A stretch of 64,000 nucleotides of DNA from Gemmatimonadota bacterium. GTDB lineage: Bacteria; Gemmatimonadota; Gemmatimonadetes; Gemmatimonadales; GWC2-71-9. Under the pieces are notes generated by a model, which saw nothing but the letters and a program-made list of their open reading frames with translations, did no database searches and was not told the origin of the DNA. Position numbers and translations under genes: made by a program. Where the stretch lies: NCBI GenBank assembly GCA_039586365.1, contig JBDHKN010000037.1, positions 1 to 64,000 of the forward strand, read 5' to 3'. Of this stretch, positions 61,752 through 64,000 are shown piece after piece. The number at the start of each line of letters is the position of its first letter. Position 1 is the first letter of the stretch.

Positions 61752-61894
61752 GGGTATTGTCAACGTAATGCGGCGCGACGTGAATTAAGGTAGTCGGCCG
61801 TGGCTGATGCGCGGCGGTCGGAGCCTGGGGCGAGATTTTACGGCTCCATGGATCGCCCTTTTAGCACGAGATTTCACTTAAGTTGACAATGCCC
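61752..61894. mobile_element. Non-autonomous IS remnant / MITE with IS6-like terminal inverted repeats
   Basis: gggtattgtcaacgtaa (61752-61768) versus ttaagttgacaatgccc (61878-61894) is a 15/17 inverted match. No transposase and no target-site duplication seen. Confidence 0.6.
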
Positions 61895-62363
61895 CTAATC
61901 GAACTCGAGGTGTGTTCTGCTGGCTCTTCGTACCGGAGACATGCTCGCCTGCCGCGCCCCGAGCTGCACCTCTGGGTATGCCTTCATGCCTGGTGCAGCG
62001 ACGACACACGCAGGCCGAGCTGGTTCTGATGATACGTCGCAAGCCGCACGGGTTAGCCACGTTGCGCAAGATCACCCGGCGGTTGTCTGGCAAAGGCGAG
62101 CAGCCACTCGATATCAACCTTGAAGTGCAACAAGTTGTGTCGGCGTAGAAGCGTTTGTCACGTTGTATGAATTCCCTGGTGATGCCAGACTTCATTGGCC
62201 ATCCATCTTCGTCTCTCTTCCGCGAGGTCTGGGTGGCAACGGCTCGAGTTGACAACACCGCGGCGCCGTAGCTCTTTTGCGTATCCGTTTCTTTGCCGCC
62301 AAGGCGGCTGTGACCGGCTGTCTCTAGAGGCCGGTCGATGTCCGGTTGCGAGGGAGCTGGCCC

Positions 62364-64000
62364 ATGTCCTTGTTCAAGAATCGTCCCCACCATCTGCTCG
62401 GCGCCGCGCTGCTCGCGGTCTCGCTCTTGGCCGGCACGTCGTGCGGTGCAGGTGAGGAGCACTTCGACGTCGTCGAGGCTACCATCACCGAGATGCAGCG
62501 CGCGATGGAGGAAGGGCGCGTTACCTCGCGTGAATTGGTCGAGGCCCACCTGCTGCGTTACGCTCTATACGAGGAGCGCGTGAACGCGGCGATCGCGATC
62601 AACGCGAACGCGCTGGCGGAGGCGGACCGACTCGACGAGGAGCGCGCTGAAGGGCGCGTGCGCGGCCTGCTACACGGCATCCCCGTCGCACTCAAGGACA
62701 ATGTCCACACCACCCACATGCCGACCACCGGAGGCGCGCTGGCCTTCGAGGGCTTCGTCCCTCCGTACGAGGCCACGTTGACGGCTAACCTCCGTGAGGC
62801 TGGTGCCATCATTCTCGCGAAGACGGTGATGACCGAACTGGCAAACTACATCGCGTCAGGCATGCCCGGTAATTACAGCGCGGTTGGGGACTTCGGCCTT
62901 AACCCGTACGACCCCCGCCGTGATCCGCGGGAGGGCCGCAACGACGGCCGCCCCGTGATGGGCACGGGTGGCTCGAGTTCCGGCATCGGCACCGCGATGA
63001 GCTTCTGGGCCGGGAACGTGGGTACCGAGACCTCGGGCTCGATCCTGTCGCCGGCCAACGCGAACATGCTGGCGGCGATCAAGCCGACCGTCGGGCGTGT
63101 GAGCCGCTATGGCGTGATCCCAATCACGGCCGATCAGGACATCGCCGGCCCCATGGCGCGAACCGTCACCGACGCGGCGATCTTACTCGGGGCCCTGGAG
63201 GGTGCGGAGCCCGATCCGAATGACGCCGCAACGCAGCGTTGTGAGCCTCCGCCGAACGGAGATTACACCGCGTTCCTCAGGGCCGACGGGCTGCAGGGGA
63301 CCCGCATCGGCATTCCTAGAGCCTCGTATTACGACTCCGTTCAGGTCCCCGGAACCGATCGGTTCCGCGGTGGGCTGTCGGATGAGGGTAGGGCCCTGAT
63401 GGCCGAGGTCATCGAGATCCTCGAGGCACAGGGAGCGACGATCGTCGATCCGGCCGACATCCCGAGCGTGGTCGACCCCGATGCCGAGAACAACCTGCTC
63501 GTAAACGGACGTAGCAGCGTGCTCAGTTACGGCATGAAGCGGGATTTCAACGCGTGGCTCGCGACGCTGGGCGAGTCCGCACCCGTCAAGACACTGACGG
63601 AGCTGCGCGAGTGGAACCTGGCTCACGAGCAGGCTGGCGCGCTCAAGTATGGTCAGGCCCGGCTCGATGAATCCGACGAGATCGATCTGGAGGACGACCG
63701 TGCCGAGTACGAGGCCGATCGCGCGCGGGACCTGCGCCTGAACGGCGAGCACGGGATCGACGAGGTGATGACCAACCTGGAGTTGGACGCGCTTCTATTC
63801 CCGGGGTCGAGCGGCGCCGGCATCGCGGCCCGGCCTGGCTACCCGACCGTGATCGTACCATTTGGTTTCCTCGAATCCGCCGGCGGCACACCGATGCCGG
63901 AAGGGTTCGACGCGAAGCCACGGCCCTTTGGCGTTAGCTTCACCGGGATGGCGTGCAGCGAGCCTCGGCTACTCGAGCTGGCTTATGCGTTCGAGCAGGC
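62364..64000 (+). CDS. Amidase-signature family protein, exported (partial, runs off the window end)
   Basis: Not in the ORF track because it has no stop. Manual translation gives MSLFKNRPHHLLGAALLAVSLLAGTSC..LHGIPVALKDN..GGSSSG..GTETSGS..IKPTVG; RBS gggag. Confidence 0.93.
   Translation, partial: MSLFKNRPHHLLGAALLAVSLLAGTSCGAGEEHFDVVEATITEMQRAMEEGRVTSRELVEAHLLRYALYEERVNAAIAINANALAEADRLDEERAEGRVRGLLHGIPVALKDNVHTTHMPTTGGALAFEGFVPPYEATLTANLREAGAIILAKTVMTELANYIASGMPGNYSAVGDFGLNPYDPRRDPREGRNDGRPVMGTGGSSSGIGTAMSFWAGNVGTETSGSILSPANANMLAAIKPTVGRVSRYGVIPITADQDIAGPMARTVTDAAILLGALEGAEPDPNDAATQRCEPPPNGDYTAFLRADGLQGTRIGIPRASYYDSVQVPGTDRFRGGLSDEGRALMAEVIEILEAQGATIVDPADIPSVVDPDAENNLLVNGRSSVLSYGMKRDFNAWLATLGESAPVKTLTELREWNLAHEQAGALKYGQARLDESDEIDLEDDRAEYEADRARDLRLNGEHGIDEVMTNLELDALLFPGSSGAGIAARPGYPTVIVPFGFLESAGGTPMPEGFDAKPRPFGVSFTGMACSEPRLLELAYAFEQ

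Noticed and set aside
61878..62195. Cys-rich minus-strand ORF beside the MITE as a transposase remnant
   Set aside because: No DDE or HTH motif could be recognised in the frames I read.

Overview
A 64-kb GC-rich bacterial chromosomal segment, probably Gemmatimonadota. The taxonomy is inferred from the kinase N-terminus 'ALADRY..ERELGAGG.ATVYLAEDLRHHRKVAVKVLRPELAA' and the many secreted peptidases, lipoproteins, and BNR-repeat and DUF5916 proteins. The first 6.7 kb is a surface-glycan locus: three GT4 glycosyltransferases, a GT4 remnant, and a single ORF fusing a flippase-like LPG-synthase TM domain to a Wzi-like outer-membrane barrel. The rest mixes housekeeping and metabolic genes (yjjX, pdxH, ALDH7, two acyl-CoA dehydrogenases, greA, hflKC, kbp-like), secreted hydrolases (M28, S9, S41, serine hydrolase, amidase) and small orphan ORFs. 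The most unusual items are: (1) a protealysin/emfourin pair in reversed order, where the inhibitor has a lipoprotein-like signal and the protease a Cys-containing hydrophobic tail; (2) the flippase-Wzi fusion with an internal signal peptide; (3) a membrane-anchored reductive-dehalogenase-like protein; (4) a Nif11-leader-like protein with a secretion-needle-like tail, near CCHC micro-proteins; (5) a 38-bp tandem duplication that frameshifts a GT4; (6) an in-frame heptamer-repeat insertion in another GT4; (7) a 143-bp IS6-like MITE. I recognised no rRNA, tRNA, CRISPR array or intact transposase. All product calls are by motif recognition; no database search was run.
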